A DNA stretch of 64,000 bases from Auanema rhodensis (GCA_964057225.1 OZ059895.1:15686001-15750000); one strand, 5' to 3'. Positions 1-20,345 are shown, counted from the first letter of the stretch. A program made the numbers and translations. The notes: generated by a model from the letters alone, not told the origin.

Positions 1-1153
1 AAGGATTTTTTGCCTTTTTTCGGCCAAAAACTTTCGAATTGAATTTCAAATTCAACATGCAGTTTTTCTCTTTGGCACACACGCTTGTGTGAACATGTTG
101 AATGAAGGAAAAAAAGGTTTTTTGGAAATTTGTTGATTGATGAAATCAATTGAGAGATGAATCATTTAACTGCGAAACAATCATCGTCTGTCTACTGAGT
201 TTGGTGACAATCTCTCTCTCTCTCTCTCAAAGTAGTATCGTTGTGTCGGTTTTTGCAGCATCTTTTGTCCAGACATTGACTACAAAAAGGAAAAATGATT
301 TGAAAAAAACTAAACGTTTAAAGAAGGAAAAGTGAGCATTGATGTGATGAGTACAATTCGTTACTTCATCTTGCATTGTGTGTAGTAAAATCCCTTGCAA
401 AGTAAGCTTAAGTAATGTGTGAGTTTCGGGAGGATTTTGGATGAGTAGCCTTCATCTCGCTTTCTTCTCAACTATCTGTCGGCACTCTCTAGCCAGCCGA
501 TCCCATGCCCATTTGTAGCCATACGATGCTCATCCCATCCCGTTTTTCTCAAGTTTCAACTAACCTCAAGCTAATTATAAGCTTTCATTAGTTTTTTTTC
601 TCTGATTCTATTTGCTGAATCAGCTCACCAGTTCCAGTTTCCGGTCGTGTCTAATACTGCTAATCTGCACGACGACAACCGATAAACGTCGTCTGTTTCC
701 GTGTAGCAAACAGCTTCATTGGGTGATCCTCGTTATCGACCACACCTGGCATCATTTCCTCTTTTTATTTTTTTTTTCTAAAAACATTATTATTTGAATT
801 TAGCTAAGTATATTGAGATTATTAGTGAATTACAAGCACATGCACATATCCCTGTAGCCTTAGCTTCTTCAATGTCTGCCCCTTTCTCATATCGTCAATC
901 TGTTTCCAAGCCTATGTTCATGGAACAAGAAAACATGGTGGGAATTCCACGTGAACTCCCAACAACTTCAGGCTTCACAACTGGAAATAGTGCCCACAGT
1001 TCCGTTCTCATTCAGGTTTATTCTCATGTAACTATCTCACCAGCCTGAGTTCATTATTATATTCGTAAATACCTATATAAGGAGGCTCAAGTGACTCACT
1101 TATCATCAGTCAGTCGTTTCAGACAGACAAGATACATCCAAATACAGTTCATC

Positions 1154-2223
1154 ATGAACGTCGTCTACTTCTTATTCCTCACATTCGTTATCGTCTCTGC
1201 CGACAACGTCTTCTGGATCTCTACTGAACTTCAACGTGTTAGTTGGGAAGATCGTTGCCAAAACTTCTGTTCCAAGCCAGCCTTCCAGGTGTGTTTTATT
1301 TTCTCAGATGATCAAGCCGGTTCTTACCGAGTTGCCTATCTTTATTTCTTTCAAAAAAACTTTATTTACCCACTCATTTCTTCTTTTTTCAGATTGAGGA
1401 ACTTCTTCTTCCTAACATGGATACCATCAGTCATCGCTGGAAGGCTGACATTCAGAATACTTTCCATCGTACTGTCTCCAGATGGCAGTCCGGAAATTCT
1501 GATGATCTTGCTATGTCATTTTCCATTTTTGGAATTGATTCCCTCACTTCTGCTCCACGCCGTTGCGGAGAAACCGAAGCTATTCGTGTTTTCCCAACCA
1601 AGCAAGTAGCAATGATTCGTCCTCGTCGTCATGAAGGATCTATTGCTCAGCAATTGAGCGACTCAAACAAGCGTCTCGTTGAGGTAAGAACTCTTCCTTT
1701 TAATGAACCATATCTAAATATGTTTTTCTTTCAGCTTCGCGGAAACTGTTTCAATGCCACTTTACTTGTCGAGAAGCATCTTGAGAAATGTCCCGATTGT
1801 CCTGATACGGATAAGCTTCAACAACTCGAAGAACAATCATCTCTCTTCGCTGGATTCTTGGCCAAGATGGAAGAGCGAGAACGTCTTCTCCTCATTGCTA
1901 TTGCCGTCTGCGGATTGTTGGCTGTTCTCTCACTCGCTAGCCTTGTCATCCTTCTCGTCAAGAACCGTAGCTGTACTGCTAAGTCGTGCTCTTCGAGCTC
2001 ATCGACTTCCGGACCATCTCCATACTACTATCCTCAATACATTCCTGAGGATTTACCTAAGATCAATTCCCCAGCTCGTTATGATATTCCATGGCGTAGC
2101 TCTCCCTTCTTGACCATCAGTAATGCTTCCACAACTCGTCGTGCTGACACTGTAACCACTGAATATGAAGAAATAAGCCCAAACACAAGCATTGGAACCA
2201 ACGATTCTGGACTTATCGTCTAG
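1154..2223 (+). CDS. Type I membrane protein with signal peptide, Cys-containing C2-like ectodomain, one TM helix and Tyr-motif tail (3 exons)
   Basis: Exons ~1154-1288, 1393-1683 and 1735-2223 with GT-AG introns splice in frame. Signal peptide MNVVYFLFLTFVIVSA; ectodomain FWISTEL...ELRGNCFNATLLVEKH..CPDC; TM LLLIAIAVCGLLAVLSLASLVILLV. The C2-like assignment is from recall of a nematode family. Confidence 0.8.
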
Positions 2224-2813
2224 ATTGTGCAATCGAATAGCTTGCCTATTGAGGCCCTCAAGTCTTTCCTCTTTCGATCTTCATTTCATTTTTCTTTTTT
2301 TTCTGGAAATTTCTTCATATTTGGTGTAAATATGTGTTGTTGTCATCTCACAAATTGTCGTGTTTTCAACTACGGGTTACTTTGAATGTTTTATTGTACA
2401 TATACCTTAACACAGATTTTTATATTTGTATATATTCATTAAATTGATAATTCATATTCATCATTTGCCATAATAAAAAATATTAATTTTCATAGAACTT
2501 CATAAGAAATATTCCGTAAAAACAGACATTTGAAAGAATTCTTATATGTTGGATAGCTATCACACACATCTTCATATCACATTGGAAGGGGGAGGGAGGA
2601 AAAATGGAGGGAGGGAAGGAGAAAAGAGGGAAAGAAATATTTGAACAACTTGTTCTTCTGCTTCTTCTTCTGCTTCCTCATAGTCGTCAATTTCACACAA
2701 AAATACTTCATGGAAGAGAGCAGCACACGTTGTTGACAAATATTTGACTAAATCTGCACAAAATAATCGTCTAGTATAGGCCCGTATATGGAATCTGATG
2801 AGCTTAGATGAGG

Positions 2814-5800
2814 TCAGTTAGATACTGACGGAATGTGCACGAATTCATCTATCTCGTCTGGTATCCAATACAGAAATGCTATCCAGTAAACAACATTAAA
2901 CAGGATATATAAGGTTGGAAAAATTATTTTTGATACGTTATCGATACGATTAACAACCTGCAAATAATAGTTTGTTACCATAATCACATGATTAGAGTTA
3001 GTGTGGATATACCTTTGCAGGATCTCTCATTTTAAGTTTTTGCCTGGCTCGTGCAGCTTTAACAGCCATTCGATAGAACACTGTAATGTTTGTATAATAT
3101 GGAGAATATTGATATGCTGATGATCTTACTAGAGCTTTGTTGTGTATTTGATTTTGATAATAATCTCCGATACCATGGACGATTATCTTCAGGCAGTGTC
3201 AATGTTTCAACCTTAACAGCATGAAAGTGAACGGCTTTTAAAGGATGAAGAACTGAAGAGCTATACCTGCAATGTGTCTCGTCTTGCTCCCATTAAACCT
3301 GCAGTAAACATTCTCATCTTTTCCATCTATAATTTAAAGAATTTCATAAGCAATAAAATATGGTCTGTAAGCTTGTCTTACAGCTGTATTTGAATCCAGT
3401 CCCTTGAGATCATGTACTTGCTTCCTTATATAGACTATATGAGCATAATTAATTACAGCATATTCAACCATAGCCGCAAATGCGAATCCGAAGCATGCCC
3501 TTAATTAAATGAAACGTGAAGAGAATTCACATATGTTCAAGAACAAGTTGCACTTATGTTGAAATGTTCTAATAAAGTATAAATATATATATGATCTTAC
3601 AGAATATAAATATCTAATGCTGTTGAATGAGATACTTTCGGCAAGTCAGTACGTAGACCGAAGCCAAGTGTAGACATGGACAACACCGTCATGATACCTG
3701 ATGCACATATGTAAGAAGACGATAATGCTTGTTGCAATCACATACCTAATGCTACACGTGCTGGAGAAGCTTCTTTGTTTATCCAAAAGCTGACCCATGA
3801 CATGACCACAAGCAGCGTACATGGAGTATAAATTTGTAAAACATAATAACCTTGTTGACGTTGTAACTTGAAATAAACTTTCAACACGGATGCATCTGAA
3901 GATGGTGATTTTACATCTTTTTTTTTTTCAAAATTCAATTAGGCAAACCTTTGTTCGGATATCGATAATCTGATATATTATGCTCGGATTTATAAAGACC
4001 AATAACTTTATATTGCGAAAGCATGTTACCCATCTTGGCATCAAGTTCGACATCTTTCCAATTATAAATTATGTCATTCGTAAAATATCCCAAAGATCCT
4101 ATTTCAATTGGACAAGCCTAATAAGACAGAAATTGCTTTTTGAACAGCCGAAACGACAATATGTACCTGACTGTCCATTGGAAATTTGCGAAGATACATA
4201 TGACATCTAGTACGAATTGTTAATCTTTAAATCAATCAATAAAGGTTAAAACAATACAAAACCAAAGCTTATACCTTTGTGATACATGTACTTGTCCATC
4301 TGATCTAACTCGAAAAAGAATATTTGGAACAGTTAATGTGTGCAGATATGATTGTCGGCCATTCCTAACATATGTATCCGGAACCTAAAGTACATTTATA
4401 TACAATCAATCGATTATTATTACAAATTCTCAAATCTTACCCATATATCTTTGAGCATTTTGCTGGCTAGCGGAATTTCAGCTTTACTAGGATTTATAGG
4501 AGTAAACGCTAAACGACGATCTAACCATTTCTGTCGAAAATAACAATCCAAAGAGAATTCCTGCAAATATTTCTAATAAACAGATTAAAAATTAAAAACG
4601 ACGTGAAGTTGGACACGTATGCAACCGCTCATCATGAGCCTATTTGGCGAAAAAGTAAAATGATTCAGGATTGACGTGAAACACGTGAAACGACAGCAAT
4701 TACTCTCTAATATGCAAATTTTTGTTTATGTTTATCATCGCCTCAGGCATATTTGTGTTTCATAATCTTTGATAAATAATATTTCAACTCAATGAAAGAA
4801 TAATTTGAAAAGAAATTCTTCATTATATTTCCACTAGTATTTCCCGCAATATGAAATGACAGTCATAGTTTTATAACAAGCTCAGAAACATATAGATATA
4901 TATATATTCAGTTTATGAATACATCGTAGTTTATTTCGAAATGTGACTTTCGTTTCATCAACTCAAATATTTAAGGGTTTAAAAGCTATTATATCACTAA
5001 GATCATATAAAACATCGTTATTTTCAGCTAATCAAACGTATTCTATATGGCTTTGTATGCATTCAAAATTCAGAATAAATGGAATATAAAGCATTTCGGG
5101 TCATTCTTTGAGTCATTGCTACAATTCATCTATTCTATCTCTACATTTTCCTCAATTCTTTCCATAACTTATAAACATCTTCCATATAAGATCACAAGAA
5201 TACAAGAGAGAGAGAGAGAGAGAGAGAGCGCGAGGGAGAGGGAGAGAGGGAGGGAGGTTCAAACTGCTGTATAAGACAAGTTGATAAACAATTTCTAAAA
5301 AGGCGATGTTGCTCTTTATGCACAGCTATGTCCGCGTGTCAAGTAGTGGCATTTAGTCATTCATAGCAGCAGTTTCTTGATTGTTTCTTGCCTGTTTTTC
5401 CTAGTCAAAACATACATCTAAACAGACAAGAAAGGAAAAGAAAACATTCTGCTCTTTCCTTTTTGATCCTGATCATGTGTTGCAACACCATGTTAAGCAA
5501 TAACTCTGTCAGCTCATCATCTTCAGCTTCATCCTACTCTCTGTCTTCACTGTTCCACCTTTCACTCACACATCCTCATCATCATCATAAACCCTCTTTA
5601 CGCTTTGATTAATATATTCAAGATGATGATTATTCTAATACAACATGACGTTGTGAGATGATTATGATCACGATCTCAACATGAAACATCTGCGTTGATG
5701 TTGATTGTCATCTCAAAAAACATATTTTCTTTGAATAATTCAATGTTAAGACTTATATGGATTAGTAGACAAACAATATGTAAACAACTATATATCTATG

Positions 5801-6212
5801 GCTTACCATATTCTGCTCCGAAATCGGTCCCATACTTCTCACACTAATATCTACTTCAACCCGTAACGGTGAGCCATCTGAAACAGAGCCAAACATATAT
5901 GTGAATGAAGCTGAATCAAAAGCAATTTGCCTGGATTTTGAGGACGAAAATTCTTGTCCTGGTTGAGTAATATGGTATCTAGTAACTTAGTTGTATATCG
6001 TATTAATGTTGTGTTATATGTTGATCTTTAAAAAAGAAAAGAAAATGTCATATGGATTGTGAGCAGGACGTAGCATTCAGCTCTGGTGAGAGCAGCTCTC
6101 GTCACAGTGCTTGATGATTAGCGCCAACATACCTGTGATTTCTAAATGCTGCTATAGTAAGGTTTTGAGATTGAACAGCAGTTGAAAGAGATAAAATCAG
6201 AACGAATAGCAT
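2814..6212 (-). CDS. lgc-37: Cys-loop GABA-A-type chloride channel subunit, LGC-37/HG1A-like
   Basis: Signal peptide [15 protein letters not shown]; Cys loop [15 protein letters not shown]; M1-M2 [64 protein letters not shown]; M4 [21 protein letters not shown] further upstream exon is possible. Confidence 0.8.
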
Positions 6213-7317
6213 CCGATTGAATCTGAAAGCAATTGGTACATGATTACGAGGTTAATTAGCTCAAGCAAGAAGAACTGCCTAGAACAGATACAAGACACAA
6301 AAAGAAAAAGGAAAAGCAAGTATACTTAAAATGAAAAACTTCTTGTGCTTCAACAGGCTTTAAGGTTGCGAATTTAGAGCTATCTAAGACAATCGTCTAA
6401 CAAGATTGGCTTTCTATCTCTCTTTAATGCCCTGAGGGCATGATTGAGTACGACTTCATTGGCCATTTAAATACATTTTCGACGTCGTCAACTCAACATA
6501 CACAGATCTTGTGTTGTGAAGAAGGAGAGCAGAGTTTTGTTGAATGTTTCGTTTATCGTCACAGGTTTCAACGGATAAACAATCGAAAACAATTGCAACT
6601 ATCGAAACCATGATATCTACACAACGTCATTCAGTGGCTTCTGGAAGACGGATTCCACCACTCTTTCCCTTTATCTTGTGTAGAAGGATATGTGCTTGAG
6701 AGATATATATCACAGGACATAACCTCACATGAAATTGGGTATTGTATCAGATGAGAACACAGAAGATCAAGCTGGTTGACCAACAACCAAAAAGAAAACG
6801 AAAGCTAGTGAAAGTAAATTAGAGAGAATAAAAAGTAATGGCAGCACATCTGAAAACAATAAACTGAAAAATGCAATTCAGTATTCGGACTTTCATTTCG
6901 AGAATTCAAAACTATTTTTGCTTCAAATCCTTTTCAAGTACAGCAGCAGCATATAAGCTATGAGCAAAAAGCATACACGATGATGCCTAATAACACAGAA
7001 GAAATGTTATCTGACTTATGAATCAGAAGTGAAATTGGCTTAATAAGCTTAAAACTTGGAATATATGCAGCAAATCACATAGTTTTTGTGGTTTTTTTCT
7101 CAATTAGATATCATGAAAATTGAGGAAAAGATATGAAAAACGACTTTATAGTATGCTGAGCCCATTAGATGCATATTGAGCCATTCTATGCTTGTTCATG
7201 CTTTATGAACATTCTTCTTGTAAGAGCATGTTCAGACCACACAGACAAAAAGTCCCAAAGCGACTTTCTGCCTGTCATTGCTACGCGAGAGAGTCATTCT
7301 GATCGTGGTGGTAACGA

Positions 7318-7350
<33 letters not shown>

Positions 7351-8116
7351 AAGAGAGAGAGGGGGTGGTGATAGTAGAATATCATTAATGAGACATACAA
7401 CATATACACAGGTTAGAAACAATATATAACTAGAGTTTCTTGTGAAAGATCTTTGAATAGACAATGACTTCACTTTGAAATGTTCTCTCAATCCTCTCTC
7501 CCCTCTCTCTCTTTCTCTCTCGCAATCTCTCTTTCCTACTTGGAATGCTCAGATCATCTATCTTACTATTCGAAGACACAGAAAAATGTATTCAATGAAT
7601 ACTGTTTGAAATAAATATTAAGCTTATATGTATATACATAGATACATTCACATTGAACATGTTTTTCTTAAAAATTTAAGTAAAAAGATCGTTTATCAAC
7701 CACTCAGTGCAAATCTTTGAAGTCAAAAAAAGTGGAAGAAGAAGAAGAAGAAGACAAGAAGGAACAAGCTAAAACAGATAGAAGAAGCAGACGAAGAAGA
7801 AGAAGAAGAAGAAAAAGGGAGAAAGTACTGGATGAAAAAGAAAAATAAATGAGTTGAAACAGGGCTTATGGATGTGTGACACCACATACACATATATACA
7901 AGATACATATGTATTCAGTTTTGAGCTTTGTCTCCGAACTCTTCATTCTATTTTGAGCTTCAAGCTTCGGTTTGTTCCTTCTCTGAAATCTGGCTCGATT
8001 ACACTTTTGACTTTCTATCATACCATGAGTCATTATACTGTTATCGTATACAGAATGTTGAACATGATGAATCAGAAAAGATATTGCATCATGATCTCTT
8101 CCACAGCTTGAATCCT

Positions 8117-8158
<42 letters not shown>

Positions 8159-8814
8159 TCTCTCTCTCTTTGTTCATGTTTCTTCTTCCCTTTCTCTTCC
8201 ATTTCAGGTAATATGTACATATACATGTCAGAGTTAACACTCATCTGAATCCATTGTGTCGATGTATGAGATGTACACGGAGATCATCCATTGGGATTAA
8301 GCTACATGTTATATGAGATAAGTATTGAATTGAGAAATGCAATGCAACCGATACTTGTTGATGAAGTTAACACACAACACCACATTTTCACGTCTCAAGT
8401 CTCACGTGTGAGTGTCATTCGATTTTCGAAAAAAAAAAAACATAATTAGCATATGGAAAGTGGAAAAAAATATTTGGGAAATAAGAAAAATACTTTTTTT
8501 TTGTTTTTTATATCAAATTATTTCTTCATATTGTATGGAATATGCCCTATTCTTGTTAAATAATGAACCATAGATGATAGGCTTTTTCTATTCTCTTAGT
8601 TTGATATTCACATCTGGGTATTTCCCTCTTTCTCTCTCTCTCTCTACTGTATGAGCTGCCAGATTCACATGTCTTATCTATCTTGCCATTCAATCTATGA
8701 ACCATCACTCTCGATATTCTAGATTTTAATTGAACAGCAAAAAGGAAGAAGAATAAAGTGATGTGCCATGCACCTTATGTATATGAAAGAACATCAGATA
8801 CAGAAGCATGTCGA

Positions 8815-8870
<56 letters not shown>

Positions 8871-9122
8871 TCTTTCTATTAGTTCTCAATCTGTTTCTGT
8901 TCCGAGTCTCTTGATTGATATAACGTAAGTTACGAGAATACAAAAAGACAGCAAACTCGAAAGACCGGAAATAGAATTTAACATCCAGCCTAGCCAGCCA
9001 AAGTTCGGTTGAAACATGTTGAGATCACGGATTTATAGACATCTGAGTCTGGCGTCTGTATTGATTCGAACAAAAATAATTGATTTGAAGAGTGTGAGTG
9101 TTGATGAAACATGTCTGCACGG

Positions 9123-9165
9123 CTCATAGCACCGAGCTCATAGCACCGAACTCATAGCACGGAAC
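9123..9165 (+). repeat. 3x 14-bp tandem repeat (ctcatagcaccgag)
   Basis: Directly visible: ctcatagcaccgag ctcatagcaccgaa ctcatagcacggaa. Confidence 0.85.
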
Positions 9166-10243
9166 TCCGGAAGAATTCCGAAACACCAAGTTCACAGCAC
9201 AGAGACATGAGATAGGAGCCGTAGAACAGTAAAAGAATGATCTTTAGAGATAAGAAATACTTTCCATTTCACTGAATATGATAAGATATTAAGAAACATA
9301 CTGGCTGCTGACATACATACTCTCACACCTAACGATGTTAGGGATTTTGCTGAGAAAAAACAGGAAAAAATCTTAAAATACTTTGATAATTGAATGAAAC
9401 ATGATGATAATTGGCTAAGTTGAAGAGCAAAACTTGAAAGAAAAGGTTGGAACATAGAGTTCGTCAAAGAGAGAGAGAAGAGAGAAAGAGAGTAAGAGAC
9501 TGTGATGAATTGAATTCATGTAAGAGAAGATGAATACAGCTTCAAAATATTGGAAGAGATACATTCTGGATAAGGAACACATGAATGAATTGAATGAGAA
9601 TACGTTTAAGGGATGGTAGAAGAGGAGAAAGGAGAGGGGGATGGTGTTACGAAGAGGAGGATGACTGACGTACAGAGTGACATAGTATTCACAGCAGAGC
9701 AGATGATTCTAGAGATGTTTGAAAAGAAAGCTTTGAGATTAGGAAGTGAATAGGCTGCTTTAGGAGATAATGCGTAACTGGGAATAAACGATAGGAAAAT
9801 AGAGAAAACGAGGATGAAGTGAAGGGTATCCAATAGACTGAGCCGAAGATGAAGTTGTTGTGTTCTTGCTGGCTAATTTTCATATATGATATTCGGAACT
9901 TGAGTAAAGACAGGCTGAAAATCAACGAGTAAGCTGAAGAAAAATGAAAATTTAAAACTGAAAGAGCAAATCCTTGGCGACCCCATTTGAACCGCTAAAA
10001 TGGCCGGAGAGCATGAGCCGAGCTTGTCCCTAAGGAGCGTCAAAGTGGTGAAACACAAAAAATGAAAGAGGTTGACGTGTAAGAGCCAATTATCACCTCT
10101 TATCCAAGAGCAAGCTACAGATGATCTTGTGAAACCTGACTGAAACAAGAAAGGTCAGGGGTTCAAGCATTGACGTGCTAAGAATGCAGAAGAGATGTGG
10201 TGGGCGATGTTGGAGAGAAGGTGCATATAGCCGTAATGAGAGA

Positions 10244-10276
<33 letters not shown>

Positions 10277-12024
10277 GGCAAAGGCAGAGGACAAAGAAAT
10301 TTGTTTTGAAATGTTGATCAACAGAACCGTTTGTCTTCTATTCAGAGCACAATGAAATACGTCTTCGAAAATTTGGAAATTCAATTATAGAACATATTAT
10401 AGAGAACATATAAGTGCGATTAGAGCACATCAAATAACATCAACTATTCCTGATTATTGAAATAAATTACTAAAATTCTATTGCAAGATAAGAAGGAGGG
10501 ATGGAACATTGAAACTGAGAGAAAATATCAGAGGGAGAGAGAGAGAGAGAGAGAGAGAGAAAGTCAGAGAGAGAGAGAGAGAGAGAGATCATGCACCTTG
10601 TTCAACATGGCTTATAACATCATTTAAGAGAGGATATTCAATGAGTTCGAGATAAGTCCGTGAACGACACAACGACAGAAGGACAGGATGGAATGGAATT
10701 TCCTTCAGTTGATCTCTTACTGCAATCAGCCGAAAGAATGATCCGATTGAAGAGAGTCAAAAGATGCTCTATGTGGATGTCTCGATTAGAAGGTCGACAT
10801 CTCTGTATGTTACCGGAAACATTGAGCTACATCGACGATGCGAACATGATTGGAAACTTGATCATGTTAGAAAGTTGAGATGTAACAAGGAATATGTGGA
10901 ATTGCTACGGAAAATTGTCCAGCATGGAAATAAGGGGGGGGGGGGAGGATGGGTGATTCATATGAAAATCACATGATGATAAAGAAATATGAAAGATTTT
11001 TGAAGAATTTCCATTTAAGGATATTCTGCGGATTTCGGCCCGAAAAGCTGTTCGAATGAACTAATGTTTACTTCCGTTGATCAAGTGCTGAAGAGCAGAC
11101 AGCGCAGCGTCGCAAAATTATGACCTCGATTGGAAGATGCACAGTAGATGATGTGTACGGGCAGACGAGAAAAAAACATTCACGGATTTCGTTCAATAAA
11201 GTTTAAACTGGACGAAAGGCCGTCAGTCAGTTGGATGTCTTCTTCATCTTCACACCGGAGCATCAAAATTCTTCTGTTGAGCTTATGCCACGCCCAGGTT
11301 CTCATTAAAGCTCCGCCCCCCCCCCCTACGTATGCTGATCGTCATCATCCTGTTGGAGAATACAAGTCCAGGAGATGAGCTGGTGCATAGATGAAATGCA
11401 GAAAGAAAGAAGGAGAGAGGGAGAGAGAGAGAGAGAAAAAAAAGAAAAGAGAAGGGGAGGGTGTAAGGAGTAGAAGAAAAGCCAGCCCCGCCCCTTCGTC
11501 TTGCCATTGACTCTTCAGCGAGTTGTCCAGACATATATCCAATATATGCCCTCCTATGCTATTCGAAAAGCATCGTTTTCCATTTTTTATCCGCACATAT
11601 GATCAGTTTGCATGTTACTTTCATTATTTCTGTTCATTCTTACTCTCAAGCCATTTAAGCTTTAAGCTCAGTTCATTGCATAACTACAAAGCTTCAAGAC
11701 ATTGCTGTTCCTTTTTCAATTTTGCTGTTAAGCCTATGCTTCTAACTGCTTTTTCAAATATGATTAACGACAACTTATTGTCCTCAATATCACTTAAATC
11801 CTAATTTGGAGAAACATTTTAGCTTCCTTCCAACCTTGTTTGTTCTAACTTATCCCGAAAAACAAAAAAGCAAATCTAAAAACTAATAAACTACATGAAG
11901 CTTCATCTAACCTCCAAAACAGTTGCATTACCTTGTGATTATTTGTCTGTGTTTTCTCCGAATGTCTCTTCTTTATTTTCTTTTTTCTTCTTCCTTTTCA
12001 ATATATACTTTCCAAATTTCAGGA

Positions 12025-18173
<6,149 letters not shown>

Positions 18174-18600
18174 GCTATTAAATTTCTTCAACTTTCTTTA
18201 CACGCTTCTGCACTGATGACATCAAATACAGAAGTATGAATCAACTAAAACTAAATCTCTACACGGCTTAAGAATTGAGACAAAACTTCTTTTAAAAGAT
18301 ATATTTGGGAAAAAAAACTGTTATAGAATGTATTTATAGCGGAAATTTCTTAGATTGATTAAGGAATGCTGCTTTACGAATCTTTAATTTGTACATAAAA
18401 ACGTTTTAAAATCTTTAATAGACAAATAAACTAATTTTCTATATTAATGCATATATATGTCAACAAAAATATGAATAAATATTACACGATATATACAACC
18501 GTTCATCTCAAAACTTAATTTTCAAATAAATTCCCTATACTTTACACGTCGCTGATTACGTACAGTACACGCGCAACTTACGTGACCGTAATTGCATGAC

Positions 18601-20279
18601 CTAATTACGGTAACTTCTATTAGATAGGCTACAGTATTTGAAAGGAAACTTTCGTTCCATTTCAATGATATGTGATTTCCTTTTGCTAATTATCATTGTT
18701 ACAAGCATAGCAATGACAAGTAGTATTATCTGATGATTCCAGCTTAACTCATTTACTGAGCCGAATATGTATAAGAAATTTTGCCAACAGCCCACGTCCG
18801 CTGGGCAATGAAAACGGCCTCGTTTCGATTCAAATCTGCAATTTCAATATAAATGCAATTCAAAAACTCCATTATGACCTGCTAAGTGGGAGTGTTGATT
18901 TAAGAGGTAGAAAGGAATATTTTTTCTCCACTACAACGAAAGATGATTTGATTGATGACCATACTAATCTGAATTCTGATGCTGTTTAAGTGATTCCAAG
19001 GAGTAAATATACTTATTAATAGCGCCGTTGATCGATCCTCTATTAAATGTGAAAATATATTCAGATTTAAGAGGCAGATAGCATTCAGTTGAGTTGGAGA
19101 CGAGATCAAAGGGTACATCAGCTCTGAAACAACTTATGAGAATTTCGTTTTGAAGTTGTTGCGAAGCTTACTCAAGAAAAGGAACTTCACATTTTCCGCA
19201 ATTGCAAAGCGAAATAGATCCCTCATTCTTCCACCAACTCAATAATTGCTGACGTAAATCAGAGCAATTCTATGAAAATGAATAATAGACTTCTGTACTT
19301 TTTCAACAAAGCAATTACCTTCATACTAATATCCAATATGCAGAAGCTTGAACTGTTTATTCCATATGTCAATTCCATAGTTCCACTCTCACATTTTCCT
19401 GCGCTATCTGAAAGAATAAAAAACGTTTTGTTCGTTTAAATGAAAAATGAAGTGTATGACCAGCTTTAATTGAGCGTATATGTCCTTGAAGCTCAACAAT
19501 ATCATTTGTGGAATAGCACTCTATATCGTCGTCGTCGTCGTCACCCTTCATTGTTACATTTCGAACAGTTTGTAGAATGTTCTCGCCAATCTATCATGTA
19601 AATTTCTATTGAATATAAATTTCTCATTTTGAAAAATAGTCTAAATGAAAGAAGACCTACATATTCATCTTCTAAAGTCAGAAAAGTGCTTGTCTTTCTC
19701 AGCTCAATGACCGATACCACGTTCATGCATATGTTATTCGTTACAATTCTGGAAAAAAAAAGCTTCCTCATGACTCAGCACAAAGTTGTAACTGACGGTT
19801 TGGCACATAAAATTTCTTTTCCATTTTTAAAACACTGTGTTTCATTAGATAATGAGGTCCAATGTTCATAAGAGAATTGTGTGTTAGGGGCACAATTCGT
19901 TGGAGTAATAGTTGTAGAACATTCATTAATTCTACCATGAAAAGGATCACATGTCCACGGGATTTGACTGAATATTCAGATCAGACCATTGATTAGAGGC
20001 ATGTCTATACCTGGCAATACCTTCACGAAAGATTATTTTCTTTTCGTCATTCGTATCAACAACATAAGAGAGAAAGCTGTCATTTGTAAAATCTTGATAT
20101 GCAGATTCTATATAATTCGGATATCCAGCTACAACTCCAAATAAAACCTTTCTAAACTGTCACATTTAAACATTTTATGAAAGATTGTCAACATACCTTA
20201 CAGATTGAGGAATATCCCATTTAAAATAGTACGCAAGAAATAATAATTCAAAAATATAAACAATTATCTGCGGTTTCAT
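18601..20279 (-). CDS. Multi-exon Cys-rich protein with hydrophobic N- and C-termini; possible tectonic-like ciliary protein
   Basis: The first exon MKPQIIVYIFELLFLAYYFKWDIPQSVR splices in frame to KVLFGVVAGYPNY. Later exons include KCESGTMELTYGINSSSFCIL (resembles the tectonic FG-N-S-C motif) and a C-terminal IILLVIAMLVTMII. An X-box lies upstream. Some internal exon boundaries are unresolved. Confidence 0.55.
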
Positions 20280-20331
20280 TGACGAAGAAGGTGCATTCGT
20301 AGCGTTGTGTACGCATTCGACTGCTGACTGC

Positions 20332-20345
20332 GTAACCATAGCAAC
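20332..20345. promoter_or_regulatory. X-box (RFX/DAF-19 site) GTAACCATAGCAAC
   Basis: Matches the consensus GTHNYY-AT-RRNAAC and lies 53-66 bp upstream of the ATG at 20279. Confidence 0.8.

Noticed and set aside
1091-2113. Overlapping ORFs 1091-1609 and 1754-2113 as separate genes
   Set aside because: They are intron read-through or alternative frames of the single spliced gene at 1154-2223.
7169-8248. ORFs rich in ERER/SLSL (also at 13316-13619, 16381-16563, 17340-17522)
   Set aside because: They are translations of (GA)n microsatellites with no splice-consistent protein features.
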